NCBI GenBank assembly: GCA_030704615.1
Contig: CM060731.1
Coordinates: 81,468,001 to 81,532,000, forward strand
Reading direction: 5' to 3'
Length of the DNA stretch: 64,000 bases
From: Takakia lepidozioides
Taxonomy: Eukaryota; Plantae; Bryophyta
Shown here: positions 12,203-24,215 of the stretch, in pieces
How positions within the stretch are numbered: position 1 is the stretch's first letter
Layout: every line of letters starts with the position of its first letter
Made by a program: the position numbers and the translations under genes
Notes under the pieces: model-generated
Database searches by the model: none
What the model was told of the DNA's origin: nothing
What the model saw: only the letters and a program-made list of their open reading frames with translations

Positions 12203-12780
12203 GTCAAGTCACTCCAAACTATCAAAGATTCACTCAACCAGCTAACATGCAGAATTCAACATGGAAACTTAGGGTCGATTCTGATAAGAAGGAAAAACAG
12301 GGTGAAATGTGTTGAAGAAGGTGCCTTCATTAGCAGTGCCTGATTTATCAATTCCACCGCTACTGCTGCAACTTCTATCCATGCAGGTTGCTAGTAGCTA
12401 TTGATCCATAGGGAATCATAGGAGCTTGAAGTCCGGCCCTCTTCGATGAATCTCTATCCCTGCTCCTTCAGCTATCCATGCCTCTGCCAAAATCATGCAT
12501 TCACCCTTGTCTTGCTGCTAGCAGCTGACAATGAAAGCCTTGAATTGTTCTAGAAAACACCCAACTCAACTTATCACACTAGTTCCTATGCTCAATTGCA
12601 TCTTCTACTCTATGTAATCCAACAGGCATTCATCTTTTTGCCTTGATTGTCCCACCGTTGACTGGGGTCAGAAAAGTATTCACTACAACAGAACGCTCCC
12701 AGGCTTGCACACGCATTGCAAACACAAACAAATGTGATGCGGTTGGGCTTCAACCCTTTGCGCAACATTTGCTCATAGTT
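12203..12780 (-). repeat. Inserted copy of the PPR 5' leader repeat plus a PPR motif fragment, inside the Mutator-like transposase
   Basis: gtcaagtcactccaaact...tcaaccagctaac..gaattcaacatggaaa matches 21313 onward; YEQMLRKGLKPNRITFVCVCNACASLG is a PPR motif. Confidence 0.8.
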
Positions 12781-12913
12781 AAGCTCTGGCAAGTGCACAG
12801 TGGGATCATAATGGTAGGCCAGTAATGCATACTTTAGCCACATGTAGTAGAAAGGGGACACCTCGATGTCATCTTCCAACAACAGCCCAAAGTCATCGTC
12901 TAATGCTGGGTAC
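12781..12913 (-). pseudogene. Captured exon of a plant GT2-like glycosyltransferase
   Basis: After a tgcag acceptor: YPALDDDFGLLLEDDIEVSPFYYMWLKYALLAYHYDPTVHLPEL, matching the conserved LLEDDIEVSP.YY.W.KYALLAY motif. Confidence 0.75.
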
Positions 12914-13774
12914 CTGCAATGTGCTGGTAATTAGTGTATGAGATTCAAAAGGGAGGATCAACTCGTCTACTACCAGCGCTGGAAAACATTAGACCTGGGG
13001 CAACTCAATATTATGTGAACTCAAAAATTTGGAGAATGGAGTAGATGGTATGGAGATTTCAAGGTAAACTTGGATTGTCACGCAGTGAAGGTATAGGTAC
13101 AGGAGCTCTTCAATGCTATTAGCTTTTGAAGTACAATAATAAATGGAAAAAATATTGTGTACAGAATATGTTTCTGGAGGACATAGCGGATATGCCGTCT
13201 TGCAATATATCCGAGACTGTGCATAGTGTGTGGAATGCGCAATCAGGCAAGAACGGACGGGACCTGTACGTTGCCACTTCGGATGACATGGTCCGAGCGC
13301 TTTCGCAACAAACATGGTACCGGGATTTCCTTCGTGGAGCGGTTCTGGTAAGGGGCCAGACAGGGCGGAGTTGCAGTTGAGGGCTGCAAACAGATGCAAG
13401 AATCATGTTAGAATGGCAACGGTTGTAAACGAATGCACAATGGAAACACCTTTGCAATCCAGACATCCTCATCTGGAAGGTGAGGAGAGATTCGGTTCAT
13501 GCAAGCGCAAATTGGACACCCCTCTGGGATCGGACGATGATTCACATTGACATGATAGGGATAACTTTTCGGTGCCACGTGTGCCCGTGCCACCCACTTT
13601 CGTGCACGCAACATCCTTTGTGGGTGAATCTTCCTCGACAGAGTTCACGGAGTCGACAACTACAACTACACGGGAAGAAGGGGCGATCCTGCTGCCCATC
13701 CAGGAATCTGATTGTGCAGACGCGCTGTGGCACATAGAACAAACTCCGCAAGGTTCCCTTAATCATCAAGGAGG

Positions 13775-14995
13775 GCATGGAAGTAGTGGAGGGGGGGAGG
13801 GAAGTAATCGAGGAAAGGACAAGCCTAGGAGAGGGAGTGTAAGAAAAAGAGGTGTAGAAGGAGAGAGGTGCAACCGGGGGAGGGCACTAGTGGGGGAACA
13901 AAAGACAAGGGGGAGCTAGTTCAGATGAGCGTGCAGCCGGTGAAGGGCACTAGCGGGGCAACAAAAGACAAGGGAGAGGTAGTTCAGAAGAGCGTGGACG
14001 AGGTAAAGACCTCGGGTCCCCGCAACATTGATTTGCCAAAGATGAAGGTGCCCCCCTTAGAGACCAATAAGGTCGGTGACCCCATTGGTGAGTATTGGGA
14101 GGCCATGAAAAAAGTAGCCTTCGACTTGGCGGCGAGGTGGTTCCATTGGCATGTTGAATGGCCACGCCAATCACATCGCCATAGGCAAGCATACGTGCAT
14201 GCATTTGAGGGCACAATTCCGGGTGAGTGGAATGAGGGGAAGCTCTTGGAGCTGGTGGGAAAGAACCTCAAGGACAAGAGGTACCGTGCGCGACAACCAT
14301 TCGCAAGGCACTCAAGACGGACCATGCCGCATGGAATAACCAAGGTAAGACGCACTTCACTTTGTCATTGGAGTCTTTGAATGCATGTTCATTGCGGTAT
14401 GGAGTTCATTAACATTTATAGTGTCTTTGTTGGGGCTGGAGAGGAATCTTGGGAGGCTCTCATCGCAGGGAAGAGGGAAGAGCTGAAGGCGGAGATCTTC
14501 GCAAGGGGACGTGCGGCAACTGCAACCCGCCTCGAGAAGTGTGCAGAATCAATACACAAGTGGGGCCTCGGCGGAAGCAAGAGTTTTGCCACCCGATTCA
14601 TAGGTGTTCTTTCTCTTGTCATACCCATTCTTCTTTTTTAGCTTCTCCCTTTCATTATGAAATTCTGACCTGTCCTTGCATTTGTATGTCATGTGCAGAA
14701 AAAGAAGTTTCAGAGGTCTCCCTCCGCCGTCGAGCCCAACTTTTGCAAGACTCAAGGGTGGAAGCCCATTGTAGCCTCAATGGCCAAGATGCCACAATTG
14801 ACGGAGGATAGTGCATCTGTAGGGGTGGGGATGGGTAGTTCAGTGGCTCGGCCGGATGGGGGAGAGCCAGTAGTAGGGGGTGGTTCGAAGGATGATGTAA
14901 TCTCGGACTCGGCCTCATCATCCTCCAAATTGGAGGCCCAGCGTAGCTTGCATTCCTCGGACGAGTACACCTATGACTCAGGCGATGAGGAGTGA
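13775..14995 (+). pseudogene. CACTA-associated accessory ORF (TnpA-like), spliced
   Basis: YWEAMKKVAFDLAARWFHWHVEW...GEWNEGKLLELVGKNLKDKRYRAR; HKWGLGGSKSFATRF; acidic end SSDEYTYDSGDEE*. GTAAG donor at ~14345. It lies directly before the CACTA subterminal repeats. Confidence 0.6.
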
Positions 14996-14999
14996 GGGA

Positions 15000-15975
15000 T
15001 GGTTCCCTGTTAGAGACATGTACAGGTAGTACTCGCTTTATGTATATATTTTTTCAGTTGTCATTTCGATCCTCATTCTAACCTTAATGGACATGTGGAT
15101 TTGGTGTGTCGACCTATAGATTAGAATGCATGCAATTCTTGCAAGCACGAGGCACACCCCTACCCCCAAGAAAAACCCCACACCCAAACCCCCCCCCCCC
15201 CCAAACGAAAAAAAAACCCCAAACCCCCCCCCCCCAAATATCAGCTGGCTACCCTCCCACCCACCCCCCAACAACGCCGGCACGACGGCCTGGGGTGATC
15301 AGCGACGCTCTCGTGATTCTTAGGTGTCGCAACAGAACGACGCCATCGTGGAGCTAGCGACTCCCGAGAGTCGCATATGAATGTGCCCTCCCATGGGAGC
15401 TAGCGACGGCTCCGGGGGCTGCGACGTCCGTGCGATTCCCGGGCGTCACCAGCAAACCGCTCCATGGGAATCTAGCGACGCCCCCAGATGGCAGCGGACG
15501 TCATGGCGATTCTAGGGCGTCGCCAGTCCCTAGGCAGAATAGACCCCATTTGCGATGTCCAGGCATCGCAGAGTGGGGGCTTTAATGTCCCAGGGTGCGA
15601 TGTGCCGAAGTCGCCAAGCGCGTGGTTCTGGCCATAGGCGACGTCCTTGCGACTGCCCAGGACGCAGGGTGAGGGATGGACCCCCCCCCCCCCTCCTTCC
15701 CTTTTGTTGCGTCGCCCGGGAGTCGCAATATTGCGACTGCTCAGAGAGTCGGCGACACTCCGCCGTCGCTGGTGGTGGCCAAGGGGCCCAGGGGATTAGC
15801 GATTCCCGGAGGTCGCTAATTTGCGACGTTCCGGGAGCGACGTTGGACCGACATGGAGGCGACTTCCCGATGTCGTCATTTGCCCCTGGTGCGCCCCGGG
15901 CGCTGTAGTGTATTTCCGTCGCTACGCGCGGCGTTTGGAGGTCGCTGAGGCTAAATCCCCCCAAACGTAGTAGTG
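15000..15975 (-). mobile_element. CACTA element end: subterminal repeats and TIR (reverse complement CACTACTACGTTTGG)
   Basis: ...ccaaacgtagtagtg ends at 15975, preceded by ~700 bp dense in GCGAC/GTCGC repeats. Confidence 0.85.
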
Positions 15976-16531
15976 AATGCACATTCTCTCCATCTCATAA
16001 TCACTTTACACAGAGATACTTGGAATAACATGGCTTTTACTTCAGAGTTCATCACAACCTAGCATAAGTACACATTGAATCCCTCTGAGTCCACTGGATA
16101 CACAATTATCACTGATACCTTCTAAGTTGCTTGCAGCCCTTTTATACTATGCTCGAAATGACTTGTGGTCGTGTGCCATAGTGGTACACGGTCCTCGACC
16201 CTTCCCTACTTCTTCTATTAGTAAAGCCTATGCTACCGTGGCTGTGTGATATCGTGGTTCACGGCCCACGGTTGCTACATTATCCACTATTACTCCCGTG
16301 GTAGTGTACCCTTGTTCCACCGTTTGCTAAGTGCCGCGCGCTTAGCCTTTTCTGCCCGTGACCAGGTAGTGTAAACCAACACTACAATACAAGTTGGGCT
16401 TTTCGACTCTGTATTTGACTCATTTTTGAGTCGTTTGCGACATTTTTACTCCCAGCCTCCATAGTCGAACATGCGTGACAAAGGTCAAGTCGTTTCAGTC
16501 AAGCAGTCAAATCCAGATGCCAGGTTCTGAC
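15976..16531 (-). mobile_element. Probable LTR remnant
   Basis: Ends in ...ctgaca (TGTCAG on the minus strand) and has LTR-like internal short repeats and a TATA-like run. The other end is not visible. Confidence 0.3.
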
Positions 16532-16857
16532 AGTGAAATGTGACAGTAAAACCTAGGGGGTGCCGTGTATGCAACACAGTATGACGTGGATGCGACGTGG
16601 CTATGACGTGTAGTAAAATGGTTTAACTAAATTATAAGGTGGATGCATGACGTGTAGTGAGTGGCTCAAGGGCTGGATGCATGACGTGTAGTAAAGTGGC
16701 TCAACTGAAGTGGAACATATTGACTACGTTCCATGATGTTTAGTATACGGTTTGACTGTAAATCAATGATAGTGAGTTTGCTTGACTTTGTATAGTGTAA
16801 TATTCTACTGTGAAGCAGTAAAAGAGGACACATTTTAGTAAATATGTTTCACTGGGG

Positions 16858-16946
16858 TGTATATACATATATACATATAATATAAAAAATAATATACATA
16901 TATATACATATATATATATACATATATACATATATAATATATATAT
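16858..16946. repeat. (TA)n / TATACA microsatellite
   Basis: Read directly from the sequence. Confidence 0.9.
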
Positions 16947-17329
16947 GAATTGGGAGGCTTTTTATTTAATATTTGGTTTTTTTGTTTATTACTGTTATTT
17001 CGTTTTTTTCATTTACTTTTAGTTTATATCTATACGTATGTGAATTAGTGGATATTGTATTTAAATTTTTTGATTCGCTGCACTGCATTGAAAATATATT
17101 ACAAATACAACAAAACATAGAATACAAATACAGGTCGGAACCAAAAACATTTGGATGGCCCAAAACTGGTTTATATCAAGAGTGTTTTGCTAAACAAGTT
17201 TTGGTCACATTCTACAAATGACCAACATGAGGGCCATGTTGCCATATCCATAGATCACTGCCCAACTGAAGTCATACAGTAAGGATAATCTGCTGTGCAG
17301 CTACGTCCAGCACTATCGTGGACATGTCA

Positions 17330-18640
17330 AGAGAACATTAGAAATCATTTTGAGAATGAGTTCCAGAGAATGGTGGTGCCAGCTACCTTGTCACCCAAAG
17401 TGACATCCACTTCCAGGGCTGCCTTGACATACATATCCACCAAGGCAGTGTTTAGAGTGACAACTCCAGCTTTGGCGATGTCAACATGGACCTTTGTGCC
17501 CTTTTGAGGGCTGCCAGGCTCACATTTGACGTAGATGTACACCAGGGAAATGTTCAGAATGACATCTGGTACAATTCCAGCTTGGATAATGTCACCATAA
17601 ACCTCTTTGCCCCTTCCCAGGGCTGCTAGGCTCGCATATGCATATTACAAAAACAAATGAACATGACGGCCTGGTCTGGCTTCATCCCTTCCCACATCAT
17701 TTGCTCTTATGTTTCCAAAGCCTTAATCCCATACCCATGCTGCACATACCTTGCAATCATGGCACTCCAAAATACCACATCTCGTTCAGCCATATTGTCA
17801 AACTCTCCCTTCACATCAGGCTTGCTGCACCCACATTTGGCATACATGTCCACCAAGGCAGAGTTCATAATGACAATTTCCCCTTTAACGATCAGCATAA
17901 GCAAGGGGAAGGAGACAGTAGAGCTGCTGCTCTCTCCCAGCGCCAAAAAAACCAAAAGAAAAAAAAATGGAGGGGTTGAGAGAGCCGCCATGGTTGTGAA
18001 GTACCAGTATGCTGCAACGTGATGTGGTTGGGCTTCACCCTTCCCCATCAATATTTGATCATAGGTCTCCAAAGCCTCCATACCATGTCCCTGCTGTGCA
18101 TACCCTGCAAACATCACATTCCCCCCACATTCCATGACACCACATCTCGTTCAACCATAGTGTTGAAAACTCCCTTCGCATCCTTAATGCACCCACATTT
18201 GGCATACATGTCCACCAGGGCAGTGTTCAGAATGACATCTTGTACAAATCCAACTTTGACGATGTCACCATGGATCTCTTTCCCCTTTTCCAGAGCTCCC
18301 AGCCTTGCACAAGCATAGCAAACATAAACAAATGTGATGTGGTTGGGTTTCACCCTTCGCGCAGTAGTTGCTCATAGGTTTCCAAAGCACTCCTACCACA
18401 CCCATCCTTGGTAAATCCTGCCAACATTATATTCTACGTGATCAAGATTGTTGAGGCACTCTGTGGAAAACCTGGTGAGCATCCATGATGCTCCCACACT
18501 GAACATACATGTTGACAAGGGTGTTGAGTAGAAAAACATTTGGCGTTAATCCACTTTGGATAATGTGAGTGTGCACCTGCTAGCTTCCAGACCTTTCATC
18601 TTCATGCACTTAAGCAAGGAAGAAAAGCCACACATTTGGT
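17330..18640 (-). pseudogene. PLS-class pentatricopeptide repeat (PPR) gene, fragmented
   Basis: Repeated NTALVDMYAKCG, F..M.ERDVVSW.AMIA.Y.QHG, KPNHITFV.V..ACA.LGALEKGKE.HG motifs, with frameshifts. Confidence 0.9.
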
Positions 18641-19239
18641 TGGTTTCCATGGTTTTGCCATATAGGCAGTCTGCCGCTTCCTGGCAGTAAAATAATGGTG
18701 GTGCCCCCAGGGGGTCTTTGGCCCTGCCACTGGGTCACAGATCATCTGGAGTTTCCTCCTACACACTTTGCATCGCTGAGGAGTTCAAAACTTCGCCGGG
18801 AAGCTCCTTCACCCGTCGTTTGCTCCGATGCAGCACTTGCTTTGTCGCGATATTTCATCGCTGTACAGATAGTTTCCTCCAATTGCCAAGACTCCTTGCC
18901 ACGTGCTCCTACTGGACTTGAAAGGCGGGAGAATAGAGATATCGCAATCCGGGATTGGAACAGTCGCCATGTAATGTTTCGAACAAGTGCAAGTTGTCGT
19001 TACTAGTACCGAATTGGCAGCCTAACTCGCTGTCGATGCAGCTCCCTACGGTCATTTTGACGCCAGAGCTCCTCCATGGTCGTCTCAGACATAATCTAAA
19101 TTCCTACGTGCTTTACCAACGATTCCCAGATAACTCACAAACTGCCCTGCTTTGGCAGTACAATGCCTAAACTGTCTGCCTTAAGATCAAAAACGATCTG
19201 AAAAGAAATATGTACCAATATATGCATCTACAACAGGTG

Positions 19240-19690
19240 GCTCCCGAGTGCATGTGGAGAACTTGGATGAGGAGGACGACATGGCACCTCCTGACTACAA
19301 TGGTGTTCCACAGCAGTATGGAAAACCAATGTTGGAGACTTCAGTGTCCACTGCTAATTGGCATATTGCAAGGACAACGGACTTGTCACGTGCCCAATGT
19401 TGGGGTATTCGGGTTGACAACGGGCAGCCCTGTAACCAGCAAATCAGTCCTTCGAAATTGTCTGGCATCCCAGCTCCGAAGTACATTGGAATGTGCCACA
19501 ACCCAGTTTTTGCAAAATCAAAATTGCATGAGTTTTGGTTTTGTCCTCAAGACATTCAACAGTGTGTTCGTGGGGGAGTCCACCGAGATGCGAAGGACAG
19601 ACCTGAGCCACCACAAATATGGTCTGTGATGGCAGGAACAGATTTGACTCAAGAGGAAGTTAACTCATTGGATGCAGCTGGGTCACATAC
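19240..19690 (+). pseudogene. C-terminal Cys/His region of a second GCM-Mutator-like transposase copy
   Basis: LETSVSTANWHIAR..C...C...GIPAP.Y.G...FWFC..D...C..G...W.V..GT.LT.EE; the start aligns with IQESDCADALWHIEQ, where the 13.7 kb copy breaks off. Confidence 0.55.
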
Positions 19691-20319
19691 ATCAAAATGT
19701 AGAGTTTTACCTTTTAGTTTATATATAAGCTCTGGTGACCAGAAGAAGAGGCCAGTGAAAGAACCCTCAATTCCCAAGGTCATAAAGTAACAATCAGGAA
19801 AGAATCTTATATCAGACTTTTTAGTGTTTACCCACCCCTTGTTTTGGGTAAAACATGTGTACAAAACCAAAGGGGGCAGGTATTGGGACTTAGGTAATGA
19901 AGTCTGGCAGGGGTTAATTGTACCATATGTCATCCTGGAAACAGAAGCGGCAACAGCCCGATTGATAGAACAATTCGCTGCTAATGAAGGTACCTTCTTC
20001 AATACATTTCACCCTGTTTTGCCATGTTATCATAGTCGTCCCTAAATTTCATGTAGAATTCTGCAAGTTAGCTCGTTCATGATGTGAGCTGGCATGAGTT
20101 TTATAAAGATCCTTCACGATGGTGGGGCAACCGCAATCACAGAGGTCATTTTGGATTGATGCTCGGTCAAATCCTCCATGGGTGAGGGCACCTTCTTCTT
20201 TGACCTGTTGCAGGCTGTTTTGCCCCCTCATCAGATTTGGCCCTGAGATGCATATTGAATCTTTATAGCACCATAAAAAATACCCAATTCTGATATGCTG
20301 CTGGTAGAGGTTTCGTCTG

Positions 20320-21020
20320 AATACAAGGCAGCTTTGACAATGTCATTATGGACCTCTTCCCTCTTTTCCAGAGCTCCCAGGCTTGCACACGCATTACAAA
20401 CACAAACAAACGCGATGTGGTTGGGCTTCACCCCTTCACGCAACATTTGCTCATAGGTCTCCTAAGCATTCCTACCACACCTACGCTTGGTAAATCCTGC
20501 CAACATAATATTCCACGTGATCAAAGATCATTGAGGCATTCTGTTGAACACTTGGTGAGCATCCATGATGCTCCCGCACTTAACATACATGTTGACAAGG
20601 GTGTTGAGTAAAAAAACACTTGGTGTGAATCCACTTTGGATAATGTGAGTGTGCACCTGTTTTCCAGCTTCCAGACCATCCATCTTGATGCACTTAAGCA
20701 ACAGACAGACATATCTGAATCTGCTGAAATGCCTCCTTGGTTTAGAGTCTGTAGAGCCTCTGTCAGTCTGCCTGCTGCACAAAGTATCTTCACATGCCCA
20801 GAAGTGCCAGAAGAGGCATTGTGGACTCCCTCTCTTGATCCTCTAATTTCAACAGCTGTGGTCATGGTTGAGGTGCCTGATTTTGTCAACTGTGCCACTG
20901 CAGCTGCTGCCTTTAGTTGACCATCTACACATGCAGGTTTCTTGTAGCTACTGATCCACCTGAAATCAAGGTAATCTGGAGCTTGAAGTCCAGCCCTCTT
21001 GGATGAATCTGGACCCACAC
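20320..21020 (-). pseudogene. 5' part of a PLS-class PPR gene with transit-peptide-like leader
   Basis: VKILCAAGRLTEALQTL, GKQVHTHIIQSGF, LLNTLVNMYVKCGSIMDAHQVFNRMP, MLREGVKPNHIAFVCVCNACASLGALEK. Confidence 0.9.
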
Positions 21021-22399
21021 TCTATCCCCGCTCCTTCAGCTATCCATGCCTCTGCACAAATGATGCATACACCCTTGCCTTGCAGCTGATAATGACAGCC
21101 TCTATTTGTTCTAGGAAACACCCAACTCAGCTTATTACACTAGTTCCTATACTGAATTGCGTCTGCTACTCTCATGTAATCTAACAAGCATTATCATTTT
21201 TGCCTGGTGTCCCACCATTGACTGGGGTCAGGAAAGTATTCATTCCACAGCTTCTCCTCATCTCTGTTATGTATTTTTGGACACTTTCCTGTTGTCACAG
21301 TGGCAGTATCATGTCAAAGTCACTCCAAACTACATTCATTCAACCAGCTAACTTGTAGAATTCAACATGGAAATTCAGGGCCGATTCTGATAAGAGGGAA
21401 AAATAGGGTGAATGTGAAGAAGGTGCCTTGATTACTAGTGCCTGATTTTATCAGTTGTGCCGCTGCTGCAGCGGCATGACAATTTACCATCTACCCATGC
21501 AGGTTTCTTGTAGCTATTGATCTACAGGAAATCATAAGTAATATTGTGCTTGAAATCTGGCCCTTTTGGATGAATCTAGACCTAGTCTCTATCCCTGCTC
21601 CTTCAGCTATCTCTGCCTCTGTACAAATCATGCACACATCAGGGAGCTAATGACAGGGGAGGAGGGCATGGCAATTCGAACCAGGGTAGGGAAGCTCAAA
21701 TATTGTGCTCCTGAGGATATGGCAGAGGGTGGATCCTCAACTAAAAATTTGCTGGCCTTTGTGGAGGATCTCAAGTCTCAGATTGTGCAGACCAAGACTT
21801 TGCAGGAAGAATGATTGATTGTTGACACTGTCTCTCGCATGCCCTAAGATCTGAAAATCAAGTTGAAAAAGTAAACCACATGACTCTGTTCAACCCATCT
21901 AAAGGCCTTAAGAGACATTTAGGGCTGGTTCTGATAATAGGGTGAAATGTGTTGAAGAAGGTGCCTTGAGTAGCAGTACCTGAATTTTATCAATTGTGCC
22001 GCCGCTGCTGCTGTTGCGGCTTCCAGTTGACCATCTACGCATGCAGGTTTCTTGTAGCTATCATTCCACAGGGATTCATAGGTAATCTGGAGCTTGAAAT
22101 CCGGCCCTCGCCCTCTTGGATGAATCTGGACCCACACCTATCCCTGCTCCTTCGGCTATCCATACCTCTGCACAAATCATGCATAGTACCTCCTTGCTTT
22201 GCTGCTAGCAGCTGACAATGACGGCATAGATTTATTCCAGCAAACACCCTAACCCTACTTCTCACACTAGTTCCTATGCTGACTTGCGCTTCCAACAGGC
22301 ATTCACCTTTTTGCACCAACGTCGAGCTAACTTGCAGAATTCAACCTGAAAATTTAGGGATGACTCTGAATCCTGATAACAGGGAAAACAGGCTGAAAT

Positions 22400-22520
22400 G
22401 TGTTGAAGAAGGTGCTCATATGTATGCAAAGCCTCCATCCCGCGCCCGCTGTGCATATCCTGCAATCATCGCACTCCACGACACCACATCTCGTTCAGCC
22501 ATACTGTTGAACACTCCGTG
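22400..22520 (-). pseudogene. PPR motif fragment
   Basis: VFNSMAERDVVSWSAMIAGYAQ. Confidence 0.8.
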
Positions 22521-23419
22521 CTGTCTCCGCTCTAAAGCTCCCATATAGCACACGTCGTGACAATGGCCGACACAACAAGAGCAAACATACAGGTCGATCC
22601 CACAAACAGTACACTCGCTGCGCGGCACTTCTCTCTCTCTATTTTCTCCTCCCCTCGCCCACCCGCTCTCTCATGTGCACACAACAAGATACTAGTATTT
22701 TAGAAACCGCTTATCCTGGTTCGTGAACCTTAAGAAAACACAGATGGTGGCACAAAGACAAACAAACGCTAAGTCCCTAAGCCTGCGGAGCTGTTGAACC
22801 ACGCCGACCCAAAAAACACAGAGTCCCGGCCAGACTGCACACTGCGACCTAGCAACCCTAAACTCGAACCAAGTGCATTATCATCCGTTCATACGTTCAT
22901 ACAATAGTTGCCAGCAAGGCGTTTTCTTTATCGTTCGTTCATACGTTCATCCAGTGCACAAAAATTATTGTTTATCGTTCGTTCAGGTAATTCAGTTGTT
23001 TTGTTTCACTAACCTTTCATACGTTCATCCAATAGCTGCCAGCAAGACGTTTATTTATCATTCGTTCATATAATTCAGTTGTTTTGTTTCACTAACCTTA
23101 ACCAGCACACGATTAGTTTACTATTAATGTGGTGGGTCAGTGAAAAAATAGTTTTTTTTTTAAAAAACTTCTTATTATCCACATATATATTGCTATATAA
23201 TTTATATATTGTGATTACACGTGCCATTGTTTAACTGGTTGTCTCAGTTAGCTCATTTTAGGTAGTCAAAGTCTCTCACTACAGTCAAAATTATCGCGGT
23301 TGTCTAGTACCTCGAATATTTTAATATAAAATTTGCAAAATGGTTGGAACAGTCGAAAGTGACAACAGTCAACGCCAGCGTCAAACTAAATCGTCGAAAT
23401 TACATAGGGTGTGTTGTAG

Positions 23420-23935
23420 TGCAATCACCACCCGGTATGTCCCATCGTGACTCTCACTGCCCGGCCCTTGTAGCTGTGTCATACTTACCCGTTACCACTA
23501 CTACCCTCTTTCGGGGGTGGGCCCTATAAAAGCTAGGGGGTGCCCGGTGGGCACCCCGAGAGCCGTGGATGGATGGATTTGGGGGGTACCCCTGGGGTAC
23601 ATGCGGTGTCAGGAGGTCAAAGAGGTATGCGACTCAAGTTGTCTTTTGTTGGTGATAATAACAGTGAGGAAACGGAGTGTCGTCAGGTGGATAGCTTTGA
23701 AACATTTGTGGATAGGGGAAAATGGGATTTTGAAGTTATTGTGAAGGGCAGAGATACTGGCATTGTGGATGCCGCCTCGTGTGCCAGCTGTAATGACTGT
23801 TAGGGGGCCGGTAGACCAGCATCGACGGCGGATAGCATGAATGAGCGGGACGTATTTTTGGCGTTTTTCAAGCATGGAGGAGGCGGGATAGCGGTCATTA
23901 CAGTATGTAAACTCAATGAAATGTATAGTAAGTTC
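23420..23935 (-). mobile_element. 3' end of a non-LTR retrotransposon with a restriction-like endonuclease (RLE) C-terminus
   Basis: HFIEFTYCNDRYP...EKRQKYVPLIHAI...W....VITAGTRG.IH fits the E-x-T/K...K..KY..L pattern of RLE-type elements. Confidence 0.65.
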
Positions 23936-24133
23936 AAGGGACGGTAGGCTCGCTGCTGCCTAATCGAGGGAAAGCGAGGTAGACTGACAACTCCCTGTGA
24001 AGTTCATAACTGAAAGAATTAAAGCTCTTGAGAAGTAAAAATGAAGTTGAAAGAAGAGAGGGACACCACTAGGGAAAACTTGCAAGTAGCTCACTGCAGA
24101 GGTCATAAACATCTTACCAAGGTGGATAACTTG

Positions 24134-24215
24134 AAATTCAAACCCCACTTCTTTGGCAGCCGCTACAAACGCGGTCTCTGTACTTGATGCCTTCGCTAGT
24201 GGGATTGGGACTACC
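24134..24215 (-). pseudogene. Fragment resembling a P4-ATPase (flippase) N-domain
   Basis: SEGIKY.. + ETAFVAAAKEVGFEF, compared with the family motif Y.AESPDEAAFV.AA+E.GFEF (short, with a deletion). Confidence 0.4.

Larger units (their letters stand above)
10500..13760 (+). pseudogene. Mutator-like DDE transposase with N-terminal GCM/WRKY-type zinc domain; interrupted by stops, frameshifts and an insertion
   Basis: DGHPW...C.GHL.C.N..C...C..C...C.ARMY...HLGNH.HP (GCM-like); WLMFDHVKRV (D1), FMADSAQAN (D2), CIFHW (CxxH), CNISETVH (E); C-terminal ESDC..LWHI. Confidence 0.85.

Noticed and set aside
3919-15975. One intact CACTA element spanning this interval
   Set aside because: The ends match only in CACT, the flanking triplets differ (aag versus aat), and the interior mixes CACTA, gag and Mutator-like parts.
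17330-21020. Functional PPR-DYW editing factor
   Set aside because: Multiple frameshifts, TE interruptions, and no E/DYW domain seen.
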